Part shown: positions 28,343 to 38,771 of the stretch, in pieces
Layout of the letters: every line of letters begins with the position of its first letter
Numbering within the stretch: position 1 is the first letter of the stretch
Assembly (NCBI GenBank): GCA_964619725.1
Contig: CAZUFC010000011.1
Location: 1-64,000 of the forward strand
Length of the DNA stretch: 64,000 nucleotides
Direction: 5' to 3'
From: an uncultured bacterium
Lineage (GTDB): Bacteria; CSSED10-310; CAZUFC01
Made by a program: the position numbers and the translations under genes
Notes under the pieces: generated by a model
What the model saw: only the letters and a program-made list of their open reading frames with translations
Told to the model about the DNA's origin: nothing
Database searches by the model: none

Positions 28343-29548
28343 TTAATTGCCGCCCAGGACCCAGAGCACGACAGTTTCATTATGAAATTTTGCGGCTGAC
28401 AGTTCACTTTTGGTCTTATCAATAGGTCCGATTTCACCATACGTGTAGAAACCGCTGATAGGCGCATCATTACCGAGAACTTCCTTAACGGCTTCAACTT
28501 CCTGCTGGGTTCTTCTTCCAAGGACCAGTTTTCTTCCCACGCAACTGAACATGAGAACGGCTTTCGGTTTTTTCCCGCCGAGAACCTGTTTCGCCTGCTC
28601 CGCCGCAAGGCGTGCGCCGCAAATAATGTCGTTTCTCGATGCTGTGGTCAATGTTACGGCGCGTCCTTCTGGAATAGAAGCCGCCAAAGTTATTGTCTGC
28701 GATTCATGGTCTACGCCCAGACCGCACCTTAATTGAAAATACTCTTTTCCGGAAATGGAAACCGCCTCGTCGATCATGCCGAAAGGATATTCCAGGCAAA
28801 CTCCGGGAAGCCCTTCAGATTTTTTTTCTCCGAGGAATTGCTTATATAAAGCCAGAGCCGGCTCATCGTCGAATTTCTTCACGACCGCGCCGTCTGCTTC
28901 AGTACACCAGAAACGGTTGCCGATCGACTCAAAACCGCTCCTCACGCCGATACCCGTCGTGAACTCCGAATCACCGTTTATCAGCAATCCTACAATGGCA
29001 TCGGTATATACTTTTCCATCGCAATACTGGTACGTCGTTCCAAAATTCTCATCGTCCCCCAGGTAACCGCCGACTATCTCAAATTCTTTTCCCAATACCG
29101 ACTGCAATCCCTCAATCGCCTTTACGCCGTCGCCGCCCATTCCGTCTGGAAATACCAGCAACGATGACATCGCACGTTCCTCGCCTTCCTGCTTAATCTT
29201 CTTCGCCAGCTCCATCGCACAAGCTTTTTCATCCTTTCTCATCCCGTTGCTTATGCCTGAATTGAATTCCAAATCGTCCGACTTGATCCCCATAATGACC
29301 ACAGAATTCGTCGCAAATCCGGACGTCGTTATCTCACCGGCAGTCGAACCGCCCACCAGGGGCGTCGCCGGAAAAACTCCGCTTATTCCTCTTAAAAGCT
29401 CCTGATGATCGAAAGAACAAGCCCCGAAAACAATCAACGCATCTGGTTCGTTCCCCAGCTTCTCCGCCAATTCTGTCGCAGCTTCCCTTCCGGCCTCTAA
29501 TGACTGCCCCTTGACGCTGTGGCCAACTTCCGCAATCACTTTCCCCAT
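28343..29548 (-). CDS. FIST-domain sensor (FIST_N + FIST_C; NosP-like)
   Basis: GGSTAGEI, FSCVGRK, GFYTYGEI, FHNETV; AGGAGG before ATG 29548. Confidence 0.9.
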   Translation of the reverse strand: MGKVIAEVGHSVKGQSLEAGREAATELAEKLGNEPDALIVFGACSFDHQELLRGISGVFPATPLVGGSTAGEITTSGFATNSVVIMGIKSDDLEFNSGISNGMRKDEKACAMELAKKIKQEGEERAMSSLLVFPDGMGGDGVKAIEGLQSVLGKEFEIVGGYLGDDENFGTTYQYCDGKVYTDAIVGLLINGDSEFTTGIGVRSGFESIGNRFWCTEADGAVVKKFDDEPALALYKQFLGEKKSEGLPGVCLEYPFGMIDEAVSISGKEYFQLRCGLGVDHESQTITLAASIPEGRAVTLTTASRNDIICGARLAAEQAKQVLGGKKPKAVLMFSCVGRKLVLGRRTQQEVEAVKEVLGNDAPISGFYTYGEIGPIDKTKSELSAAKFHNETVVLWVLGGN

Positions 29549-29936
29549 GCTTTCCTCCTTTGATTCCATCACAATCCGGGATTATCCCTTCATAAAATTT
29601 CATGTATCTCACATCAACGGATATCAATCCCCTGACAAAAAGCAACCCTTTCCCCGATATTCCCCTGCGAAGAGTGATCTTTCATTCATTACGCGTTCGA
29701 ATGACTTTGTTAATTTGAATTTTAATTATTTTCTTGATTACGTCGGGAGCCCCCTGCCCGATCGACCCACTATAATTTAATACCGCAGAGAAAGCGCTGA
29801 TGTCAAACGGAAAACGAAGTCTTCATCGTATGGCGGAGTCTGCTTTTAAGGAAAGAAATCTTTAAATTCACAGGTTTTATCATTATAATCATAATTGATG
29901 ACATTGATCCGTTTTTTTGCTCAATCGAGGCTGAAA

Positions 29937-32900
29937 GTGAAAAAAAAGTCAATATGTTTGCTGCTGCTTTTGTATCTTCTCCATGAGGCTGTGACATTAC
30001 AGGCAGCGCATGGAGGATCAGCTCTTCCTTCCGGCGTTAATTTGGGATTCAATTTTTCAGGCGAATCTTCCATTCAACAGAATCATCTGGATATTAGACA
30101 TCCAGGCGAGAGTAATTCTATCAACGGGCGGGAAGAGGAAAACGTCGTTATGGTGATCGACTCCTCTGATTACGAGCTGCTTCAGTCTGTTATTGAAGTC
30201 TACATAGGCAACGTGGAAAGCAGATTCGACGTCGAGTTGTCAGTCGAAAGCGGAACGTGGAATTCAGCGGAGCAGGTTCGGGCCTTTCTGAAGGACTTAT
30301 ACGACAATGCCGGCCTGGCGGGCGCCGTTCTCGTGGGCGAATTACCTTACGGATTGTGGTATGCCTCTCCCGGATTGCCTAATCCTCTGTTCTTTGAGGA
30401 CCTTGACGGGGTGTTCATGGATATCGGTCATCAACCGGGAACAGAGGCTGATGACGGTATCTACGATTATTACGATCCGCAGGAAAGCGATCCTGTAGAG
30501 ATATGGATGACTTTTATCCGTGCTCAAATAAACGATCCGGCTCCCGGCGCCGCATTAAACGCTTTTTTTGAAAAGTGCAACGCCTATTACGCCGGCAACG
30601 CGATTTATCCTAAACGCGCTTTGATCCACTGCCATTCTTCATATCCGTCGGCGGCGAATCCGGGAAGCCCCTATAGAGAAGTCCTTACGAATATATACGG
30701 CGACGACCTTTTTATAGAGGGAGGCACGCTGAGATTTCCCTATCCCAATCTGGACATGTTGAATCATTTACGGAAAGGCTATGAAATTGTCGATCCCTGG
30801 AGTCACGGAAGCAGCGGCAGCCACGGACTACATACGACCGAGATACAGGGTCTTGAGCCGCCCCGATCTTTGATTACGGTGAGCTGGTCCTGCTCGGCCG
30901 CGAATTTCAATAACTGTCCCGACAATCTTGCCGTCGGTTATGTTCTCGGCAACTCTTACGGCGGAGGCGGGAATGAAGCCTATTCCGACGGCCAGATTTT
31001 CATTGGCGCCGGTCGGGCCGTCGGAACGGAAAACCATCATATTTTCTATGAAGCGCTGGAAGCGGGGCAGCATGCCGGTGCTTCTTTCAAATCATGGCTG
31101 GACCATCAGTACAATGAAGAGAATATTATTTATTCCGGCGGCAGTTACCATCCCTGGAATTTCGTTTTCATGGGCAATCCCTTCATCAGGCTGAACGAAA
31201 TGAGGATAGACAGGATCGATCCGTTTTTTGCATTCGAAGGCGAAGGCTCCATTGATCTGGTCGTCACGGGAAGGGGGTTCGACGAAGATGCAATGTTACG
31301 TTTAACGGATATATCGAACCTGAACGCACATTATTTCTGTTCCGTTACAGCGGCATGCTCATCCAGGATTGAAGCGCACCTGAACGAAACTCTGCCTCCG
31401 GGGATTTATCACGTTACGGCAACGAATCCCGGCGGGGAAAGCGCAAGCCTGGTCGACCATTTTCACGTGATAACGGACGGCGATTCGGATGAAGACGGTT
31501 TATCCGATTTGGATGAACTTTTCTCCTATTTGTCCAGTCCATTCAACGAGGACACTGACGGCGATCTTATATCCGACGGCGACGAAACATCGGGTATTCT
31601 CAATGTCCATTACGGATATCAACCCACTGACCCGACGGACCCTGATTCAGACGGCGATAATTTCTGTTCAGATTCAGACGAGATAAACTGCGACCTGTAT
31701 TATGGCTATTATTGTACTGACCCCGTTGATTGGGATACGGATAACGACAGGCATTGCGACGGGTGCGAGAACAATCCCCTGGCGCCGGATGCCGGTCCTT
31801 TCGATCAGAATACAGACAGTGACGGCGACGGACTTACGGATAAAGAAGAAAATTATCCTTACAAGACGTTTCCCGTCGACATGGATTCGGACAGCGACGG
31901 TATCGACGACGGAGATGAACGGGATTACTGGGAAGCCCGCAGCATTAATCCCGCAGGCGATATAGATCGCGACATGCAGAGGAACCTTCTTGACTTCGAC
32001 AGCGACAATGACAACCTTCAGGACGGCGCGGAACTGATATACGGGACGCTTCCTGATGCCTTCGACACTGACGATGACGGAATGCCGGACGGTTGGGAAG
32101 TATCCAACTGTCTCAACCCGCTGACCGATGATGCTGATGAAGACTTGGATGCCGACGGTTTGACGAATCTTCAGGAATATGAAAGCTGCCTGAATCCAAA
32201 CGATGGAGACAATGACGGAATGCAGGACGGCTGGGAAAACTCTTTCGGGCTGAATCCAACCCTGGACGATTCAGGCGAAGACCCGGACGAAGACGGATTC
32301 TCGAATGTCTCTGAATTCTGTGCTGAAACGAATCCGGTCGAACCTCTCAGCTTCCCCGGTTCTTCCGTTAAAATCTATTATGTGGACGGCGAAAACGGAA
32401 ATGACGTTTATTCAGGATCAGCTCCCGCACTCGGCTGCTTTGCCGGCCCCTGGAAAACGATCGACCATGCCGTCGCTCAACTGGGTCCCGGAGCCGTCTG
32501 TCGCGTGCGCAGCGGAACATACTGCGAACAAGTCGACGATTTCATCAATAATGGATCATCCGATCAGAAGATCATCCTGTCAGGCTATATTGACGGAGCT
32601 GATGGACATCTGTCCGTCTGGCCCGATTCGACAACTTTACCGGTCATTGATGCAGAAAATACGCGAGGCTGCTGCATCAAAACCGGCCATAAACAATGTT
32701 CGCACTGGATTTTCCAGAATCTTGAATTAAAAAACGGTAATGCCTGGCACGGCAATTTCTTCAATTTCCAGAATAATCCCGTCGTTCTCAACAACATGAT
32801 CATTCATGGAAACAGCAGCGGCTCAGACATCGGAGGCAACGTGCACAATTACCTCACCGGCGGATACCTGGAATTGAACGACTGCATTATCCACGGCGCG

Positions 32901-33887
32901 GCAAGTCATGGAGTCGTTCAATACAAATACAGCCAAACCGTGCTTAACCGTTGCATCATATACGGAAACCAGGGTTCAGGCGTTCACATGGCGCTCGGAA
33001 TGGGCGGCGCCATAGAGATGAATTCAGTCATCATTCACGGCAACCAGAACGGCCTGGACGGCGCCTGGGAAAATCTCTCTATATTGAACTGCACCATAGC
33101 GGATAATGAAAGTTATGGAATTTATAATGAAGATATTGAAACCGTTACTGTCGTCAAAAACAATATAGTATCAGGAAATGAGACAGGAATAAGGATCGAA
33201 ACGGACTCAGCGGATTTAGACTACAATAATGTCTGGAACAACAGTACAGATTGGTTCGGAACAACGCTGGCCGGTTCTCATTCAATCTCAGAGAATCCGC
33301 TCTTCATCGACGAAAGCAATAACGACTATCATTTGAGGTGCGATTCGCCCGAAACGTGCTCTCCATGCATAGACACCGGCTGCCTAAACGGACCGTCGTT
33401 CGACTTCGAAGGCGATGAAAGACCCGTCGACGGTGATGAAAACGGTACGGTAGACTTCGATATAGGCGCAGATGAATTCATACCGGTAAATTTTACGCCT
33501 GTCCCCGCTTCACCCACTCCAGCGGAAACGAGTACGCCGGCTTCCCCGTCAATGACGCCCACAAACACAAATACCCCAAGCCCGGAGACGCCTTCACAGA
33601 CTCCCACGAACACCCCAAGCCCTAAACCCCCAATAAAAACGCCGACGAAACCCATCACACCAAGCACGCTGACGCCTTCACCGACTCCCACGAACACCCC
33701 AAGCCCGAACCCCCCATCAAAAACGCCGACGAAAACCATTACTCCAACCCCGCTGACACCCTCACCGACATCAACGAACACGAATACCCCTCCGCAAATT
33801 CCCGCTGCCTCCGGTTACGGAATATTAACAGCGCTGATCCTTGTCAGCTTTTTGTTTGTGTTTATGCGTCCGGCATCGAACCTATGA
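29937..33887 (+). CDS. Large surface protein: peptidase C25 (gingipain)-like, Ig/TIG, DxDxDG Ca-binding repeats, beta-helix, P/T linker, IPTL-CTERM-like tail
   Basis: GAVLVGELP, WSHGS, SWSCS, MGNP; many DSDGDG repeats; YYVDG...PWKTI; DIGADE; QIPAASGYG plus TM; GTG start after GAGG. Confidence 0.8.
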   Translation: MKKKSICLLLLLYLLHEAVTLQAAHGGSALPSGVNLGFNFSGESSIQQNHLDIRHPGESNSINGREEENVVMVIDSSDYELLQSVIEVYIGNVESRFDVELSVESGTWNSAEQVRAFLKDLYDNAGLAGAVLVGELPYGLWYASPGLPNPLFFEDLDGVFMDIGHQPGTEADDGIYDYYDPQESDPVEIWMTFIRAQINDPAPGAALNAFFEKCNAYYAGNAIYPKRALIHCHSSYPSAANPGSPYREVLTNIYGDDLFIEGGTLRFPYPNLDMLNHLRKGYEIVDPWSHGSSGSHGLHTTEIQGLEPPRSLITVSWSCSAANFNNCPDNLAVGYVLGNSYGGGGNEAYSDGQIFIGAGRAVGTENHHIFYEALEAGQHAGASFKSWLDHQYNEENIIYSGGSYHPWNFVFMGNPFIRLNEMRIDRIDPFFAFEGEGSIDLVVTGRGFDEDAMLRLTDISNLNAHYFCSVTAACSSRIEAHLNETLPPGIYHVTATNPGGESASLVDHFHVITDGDSDEDGLSDLDELFSYLSSPFNEDTDGDLISDGDETSGILNVHYGYQPTDPTDPDSDGDNFCSDSDEINCDLYYGYYCTDPVDWDTDNDRHCDGCENNPLAPDAGPFDQNTDSDGDGLTDKEENYPYKTFPVDMDSDSDGIDDGDERDYWEARSINPAGDIDRDMQRNLLDFDSDNDNLQDGAELIYGTLPDAFDTDDDGMPDGWEVSNCLNPLTDDADEDLDADGLTNLQEYESCLNPNDGDNDGMQDGWENSFGLNPTLDDSGEDPDEDGFSNVSEFCAETNPVEPLSFPGSSVKIYYVDGENGNDVYSGSAPALGCFAGPWKTIDHAVAQLGPGAVCRVRSGTYCEQVDDFINNGSSDQKIILSGYIDGADGHLSVWPDSTTLPVIDAENTRGCCIKTGHKQCSHWIFQNLELKNGNAWHGNFFNFQNNPVVLNNMIIHGNSSGSDIGGNVHNYLTGGYLELNDCIIHGAASHGVVQYKYSQTVLNRCIIYGNQGSGVHMALGMGGAIEMNSVIIHGNQNGLDGAWENLSILNCTIADNESYGIYNEDIETVTVVKNNIVSGNETGIRIETDSADLDYNNVWNNSTDWFGTTLAGSHSISENPLFIDESNNDYHLRCDSPETCSPCIDTGCLNGPSFDFEGDERPVDGDENGTVDFDIGADEFIPVNFTPVPASPTPAETSTPASPSMTPTNTNTPSPETPSQTPTNTPSPKPPIKTPTKPITPSTLTPSPTPTNTPSPNPPSKTPTKTITPTPLTPSPTSTNTNTPPQIPAASGYGILTALILVSFLFVFMRPASNL
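33600..33767 (+). repeat. Intragenic 84-bp tandem duplication in the P/T linker
   Basis: TPTNTPSPKPPIKTPTKPITPSTLTPSP / TPTNTPSPNPPSKTPTKTITPTPLTPSP. Confidence 0.85.
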
Positions 33888-33917
33888 ACTATAATGCCTT
33901 ACGAAGATATCTATAGT

Positions 33918-34034
33918 TAGCGCCTGTCCACTAACTTTTTTTATCGGCATTCCGGAGCGGACAGGCACTGCGAGTTTTTGTCCATAAACCGCCGAGACTG
34001 TCCAGCATTAAATTTTGAATCGAGAATCGAGTTT
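33918..34034. mobile_element. Internally deleted/rearranged family B remnants
   Basis: TAGCGCCTGTCCA, GGACAGGCACT, AGTTTTTGTCCATAAAC and CTGTCCAGCATTAAATTTTGAATCGAGAATCGAGTTT. Confidence 0.65.
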
Positions 34035-34162
34035 GAAATATAAAACTATAGGTCAAATCGTCAACACTCCATGCAACCTTCATTTGATATGTCTCTCCAT
34101 TTGAATTAACATGACATTTGCTGATATCTTTTATTTCTCTTGCGGCATAGAGGAGACAGGGT

Positions 34163-37100
34163 ATGAAAACTAATCTGAGTGATATGATCAGACAACTGAC
34201 GGCGTACATCGCCTGTTTTCTCATGGCAGGAGCTTATTCGGCTTATTGTCGGGACAGGGACGAGCCGCCCTTTACGGTGTATGTGGTTCCGGCGATCACT
34301 GACGAGAAGATATTGCCGGACACCTATTTATATCCCGAGTATCTAACCAATGAGATATTCATAAGCGCGTGTCCCGGCGAGTATGAAGCGGCCAGTTTCG
34401 TCGTCCGGGCTGAAGAGGACATAACGGGCCTGGAGGTAAGTTCGAGTGATCTTGTATTGGAATCGACTCCTCAACCCACGCCGACGCCCACGGTTTCTCC
34501 GCCTTCAATCTTATCTGACGATGTCGATATTCGCGTGGTCAAATGCTGGTACCAGTCAGGGGAATTAATATATGATACGGACAGCAAGCTACTTTGTCCC
34601 GAGCTTCTGTTGAAGGACGAAAAAATGATCACCGCTACAGACGGCGAAAATTACCTCAGAATAAACAGTCCGACGCCGACATATATTCATATCAGTCATC
34701 GAACGCCTTGCGCTCCGCAACCTGCCTGGGCTTGCGAAATTCCTATAACGGAGCTTCCTGTAAAGGACAGCGATACGCTGCAGCCTGTGGATATTCCTGG
34801 CGGGACGAACAGGCAATTCTGGGTATTGATTCATTTGCCGGAGGATATTCCTTCCGGAAATTACCAGGGATTCATAAATCTGGATATACCCGCCATGCCG
34901 GGGTCCGGCGCTCAGCTTACGCTAAAGATTGAGGTACTACCCATAGAATTGTCGTCTCCTTTTATTGAGTATAGCCTTTATTACCGGGGTTGCCTTACGG
35001 AGGACGGGAGTATTTCATCAGAAGATAAAACCGAAGAGCAGCTCAGAGCGGAACTCGATAATATGCTGGCGCACGGGGTTGCCAATCCTAACGTGTATCG
35101 TCAGGACAGTTTTCCCGGCGTGCATCCTTGTGATTGGACGGACTGGCCGGTGCTCGGGCAGGTTCTGGATATCCGGAACGAGATCGGTATGGATAACCTG
35201 TCGCTTTATTATCTGGGAATAGGAAGTTGCCAGGGCGACTACGAAAAATTGAAGGAGGCGGTCAGTAATCTTAAGCCGTTCGTTAACGGTTACGGCGTAC
35301 AGAATCTGTATATTTACGTAGCGGATGAAAGCGTTCCACCCAGGGAAAAAGTCCATAAAGTGCATGAAGGGGGCGGCTTGGCGTTCGCTTCCGGGTCATC
35401 CGGCGCTCATGAACCGAATGCGGATATCCTCGATCTCGTGGTTGATGGAAGCGATCCTGATCCGGACTTTGCCGCTTTGCTGCACAGTTACGGAAATCGA
35501 ATCGCTTCATACAACAATCCACAGGTCGGCATTGAGCGTCCTGAGACTTACAGGAGGAATTACGGTTTGCTTCTCTGGCAGAACGATTACGATGCCGCTA
35601 TGGATTATGCCTATCAGCACAGCATGAACAACATATGGAATGATTTCGACAGTACTTTATGCCGGGACCACGCATTCGCCTATCCGACGATGGACGGCGT
35701 TATAGATACGATACAGTGGGAAGGATGGCGTGAAGGAGTCGACGACATCCGTTATTTGACGACATTATTCGAGGCTGTCGATGATGCCGGCGGGCATGAT
35801 TATATTGAAAACAGGCTGGCAGAATTAAAATCAGCCTATCTTAATGACATCGATCTCGACGACGTACGACGCAGCATAACCGGTTATATTTTGGCGCTGC
35901 AAACGCCTGTCCCCGATCCTTATCCGCCGGTCATATCGGACGTGAAGCAATCCTATCTGGAATATCCGCCGTGCGTAAAATTGACATGGCAAACTGATGA
36001 ACGCAGCTCCAGCCAAGTTTCATACGGAACTTCCTGCGAGGGAACGGATTGGATTAACGCCGGGGAAGACCCCGCGCTTGTTTATGAGCATGTTTTTGAA
36101 CTGACCGGACTTGATGAAAACGCAACCTGTTATTTCAAGGTAAGTTCACGGGATGCTGCCGGGAATGCTGCCGTCAGTCCCGGTTCGGGCTGTTACAGTT
36201 TCGATACATCTTCTGACGTTTCCATAGCTTTCATGGCGCCGACTGCCGATGATAACGCCGTCATTAACAGGGATTGGGCGGAAGTGAACGTCTCAATCGA
36301 CAGCAATTACCGTCCTTGCGCATTCATAGACTGGGACCGTTCGCTTGTCGGCTGGTGGGATTTTAATGAAGGTTCAGGCGATACGGCCGGCGATAAATCG
36401 ACATACGGGAATGATGGTGCGCTGGAGGGAACGGAGAAACCGCAATGGGTTGCGGGAAAATACGGAGGGGCGCTGGAATTCAACGGCAATTATGATTGCG
36501 CCGTCAGGGTTCCTGACGACGACAGCCTGGACCTGGACGACGAAGTTTCGATTGAATTCTGGTTCTGTCCGGAAGAATTTCCGTCAGTTTACGCTATCAC
36601 GCCGATCAGAAAGGGCTCAACTACGGACAATTTCAATTATATATTGTATTTTTTCGGGGCCGCGGGCTATGAAAATAAAATCGGGTTCCTGGCGAACGCC
36701 GGCGGAGTATGGGGCGGCGTTTCCCCCCTATACGAAATAAAATCCCTGTCAAGGTGGCATCATGTCGTGTGGACCTTCGACAGCGAAATCGGCGGAAGGC
36801 TTTATGTCGACGGCGTATCTCAGGGAGGTCCCAGAAGGGGCGGACTGCTTTCGGTTAACGACAAAGCTTTACTCATCGGTCAAGCCCTTACAGGTAAAAT
36901 AGACGAGCTGAGGATATGGAACCGAACCCTCTCACCCCAGGAAATAAAAGCATCATCCGGTCTTGAGAGGAATAACCTTTACCGCAAATTCGCCGATTTA
37001 ACCGAAGGGACTTACGAGTATAGCGCCTGGGCTGCGGACCTGACCGGCAATTACGTTCAGACGGAGACCAGGACGATAACAGTCGAATCTTACGCTTACT

Positions 37101-38257
37101 GGCGATTCGACGAGGGAACGGGAGATATCGCGTACGATTCGACTGAAGCCCCGTTCGACGGGACGCTCAGACCGGATTATCCTTCAGATTCGCCTGAATG
37201 GGTTACCGGCATACCGGGCTACGCCCTGGAATACGACGGGATAAACGATTACGTGGATGTGGGCGATGCCCTGGATGCGACCGGCATTGAGTTTGCCGTT
37301 TCCGCATGCGTGAAGCCGGCGATACAGTCCATCGACCTGAATATCGTCGGTTCCGTATCGCCCTCTGAAGGCAGAAGAATATCACTCAGAAGCAATTGTT
37401 TTACCATCCAGCCGGACGGGCAGAATTTCCGGGAGCTGTGTTTCGGAGCCCTTCCGGCCGGTATATGGACGCAGCTTGTGGGGGTTTATACCGGATCAGA
37501 GATGCGAATTTATATTCGAAACTCTATAGGGGCAAGCGGTGAATATTTTAACTTCAGGGAAATCTCAGGAACCCTGGACCCCGATGCTTCGAGCGCCCGC
37601 ATAGGCAGCCTGGGCGATAAGTGGTATTTTAACGGCATTATCGATGAGGTCAAAATATACGATCATGACCTGGACGAACGCCAGGTCGACGCGCTGCTGG
37701 ACAGCGACCGGGACAGCCTGCCCGACGTCTGGGAGAAGAATTATTTCGGCGGTCTTGAAGAGGGGCCGGATGATGATTACGACAGCGACAATTTCACCAA
37801 CCTGGAAGAGTATCAATGGGATAAGGACCCAACAGACCCGGAAAGCATGCCGACTACCGCCACCCCCATTGCAACAGCATCGCTCACGCCGACAGTAACT
37901 CCTACTCCAATCACGACTGATACGCCTCCAGCATACACTTCGACAGCAACCTCTGCGCCCACCGAGTCCCCAATGCTCACAGATACGCCTCCAGCAACGC
38001 CCTCACCCACATTCTCACTCACACCCATCCCGACGGAAACACTCACTCCCACTGATTCGCCGACTCTGACGCCGACATCGACAATCACATCGCCGCCCAC
38101 AGCGACCCCGGCATCCTCCACACCCACATTGTCCCCGAAACCCACCATCCAGCCGATCCCTGCCATGAACGCTTCCGGAATGGCCCTGCTGATCTTTCTG
38201 CCCGGCTTCATCTTTGCTCATAATATTTACCGCCAGCGCAAGCGGCTTTGGCATTAG
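34163..38257 (+). CDS. Large surface protein: glycoside-hydrolase-like barrel, FN3, two LamG domains, Ca-binding repeat, P/T linker, IPTL-CTERM-like tail
   Basis: GEYEAASF, YVADE, WEGWREGVDDIRY; WQTDE FN3; WDFNEGSG and IDELRIWNR LamG; PIPAMNASG plus TM plus RQRKR. Confidence 0.8.
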   Translation: MKTNLSDMIRQLTAYIACFLMAGAYSAYCRDRDEPPFTVYVVPAITDEKILPDTYLYPEYLTNEIFISACPGEYEAASFVVRAEEDITGLEVSSSDLVLESTPQPTPTPTVSPPSILSDDVDIRVVKCWYQSGELIYDTDSKLLCPELLLKDEKMITATDGENYLRINSPTPTYIHISHRTPCAPQPAWACEIPITELPVKDSDTLQPVDIPGGTNRQFWVLIHLPEDIPSGNYQGFINLDIPAMPGSGAQLTLKIEVLPIELSSPFIEYSLYYRGCLTEDGSISSEDKTEEQLRAELDNMLAHGVANPNVYRQDSFPGVHPCDWTDWPVLGQVLDIRNEIGMDNLSLYYLGIGSCQGDYEKLKEAVSNLKPFVNGYGVQNLYIYVADESVPPREKVHKVHEGGGLAFASGSSGAHEPNADILDLVVDGSDPDPDFAALLHSYGNRIASYNNPQVGIERPETYRRNYGLLLWQNDYDAAMDYAYQHSMNNIWNDFDSTLCRDHAFAYPTMDGVIDTIQWEGWREGVDDIRYLTTLFEAVDDAGGHDYIENRLAELKSAYLNDIDLDDVRRSITGYILALQTPVPDPYPPVISDVKQSYLEYPPCVKLTWQTDERSSSQVSYGTSCEGTDWINAGEDPALVYEHVFELTGLDENATCYFKVSSRDAAGNAAVSPGSGCYSFDTSSDVSIAFMAPTADDNAVINRDWAEVNVSIDSNYRPCAFIDWDRSLVGWWDFNEGSGDTAGDKSTYGNDGALEGTEKPQWVAGKYGGALEFNGNYDCAVRVPDDDSLDLDDEVSIEFWFCPEEFPSVYAITPIRKGSTTDNFNYILYFFGAAGYENKIGFLANAGGVWGGVSPLYEIKSLSRWHHVVWTFDSEIGGRLYVDGVSQGGPRRGGLLSVNDKALLIGQALTGKIDELRIWNRTLSPQEIKASSGLERNNLYRKFADLTEGTYEYSAWAADLTGNYVQTETRTITVESYAYWRFDEGTGDIAYDSTEAPFDGTLRPDYPSDSPEWVTGIPGYALEYDGINDYVDVGDALDATGIEFAVSACVKPAIQSIDLNIVGSVSPSEGRRISLRSNCFTIQPDGQNFRELCFGALPAGIWTQLVGVYTGSEMRIYIRNSIGASGEYFNFREISGTLDPDASSARIGSLGDKWYFNGIIDEVKIYDHDLDERQVDALLDSDRDSLPDVWEKNYFGGLEEGPDDDYDSDNFTNLEEYQWDKDPTDPESMPTTATPIATASLTPTVTPTPITTDTPPAYTSTATSAPTESPMLTDTPPATPSPTFSLTPIPTETLTPTDSPTLTPTSTITSPPTATPASSTPTLSPKPTIQPIPAMNASGMALLIFLPGFIFAHNIYRQRKRLWH

Positions 38258-38295
38258 GATCATAGAAATAATTTATTATGTTTAAAGGAAAAAAC

Positions 38296-38532
38296 GAGAC
38301 TGATCAAGTAGGGGTTACAAATTGTGATCTCAATACTGAAAAAGAACTTTCGTGCTCAGCGGAGCGGCGCTCGTGCTCGTAATCGTAATCGATCTATTCA
38401 AATGATTGCCCAATTTTGCTTTCAAACGACTGTAGAGATCAGACCGATGTTTCGATTTCGATTTCGATACCGATTACTGAAACAAACTGTCGAAAGACTT
38501 GAAAGATGTGTAACCCCGGTTTGATCAGACCC
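38296..38532 (+). mobile_element. Complete family A element with clear terminal inverted repeats
   Basis: CTGATCAAGTAGGGGTTACA ... TGTAACCCCGGTTTGATCAG; left interior like 21334-21460, right interior like 3748-3809. Confidence 0.75.
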
Positions 38533-38771
38533 TGTAAAGTAATCAACTAAAGCTTAACCTAATGCGTATTTCGCAAGCGGAAGGTTCTTGTTTAACTTGA
38601 ATTTTTTGATCGATTGTTGTTTTTTCTTCAAATATTTCACGATTCTGTATCAGTCAATGTCAGGAGATGTGAAGCTGCTCAATCGGCTGAATTATATTCT
38701 TTCATAGAGGGGAAATCGGTGATATTATTTTGTCAGCATCAAATTTGGGACGATTAAGCAGGCGGACAAAA

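Noticed and set aside
33329-38211. Val/Gly-rich minus-strand ORFs at 33329-33781 and 37813-38211
   Set aside because: Antisense readings of the Pro/Thr linkers
38324-38524. Similar short ORFs at 3610, 21257 and 38324 (and 8569) that look like a small protein family
   Set aside because: The similarity comes from the non-coding repeat elements they overlap
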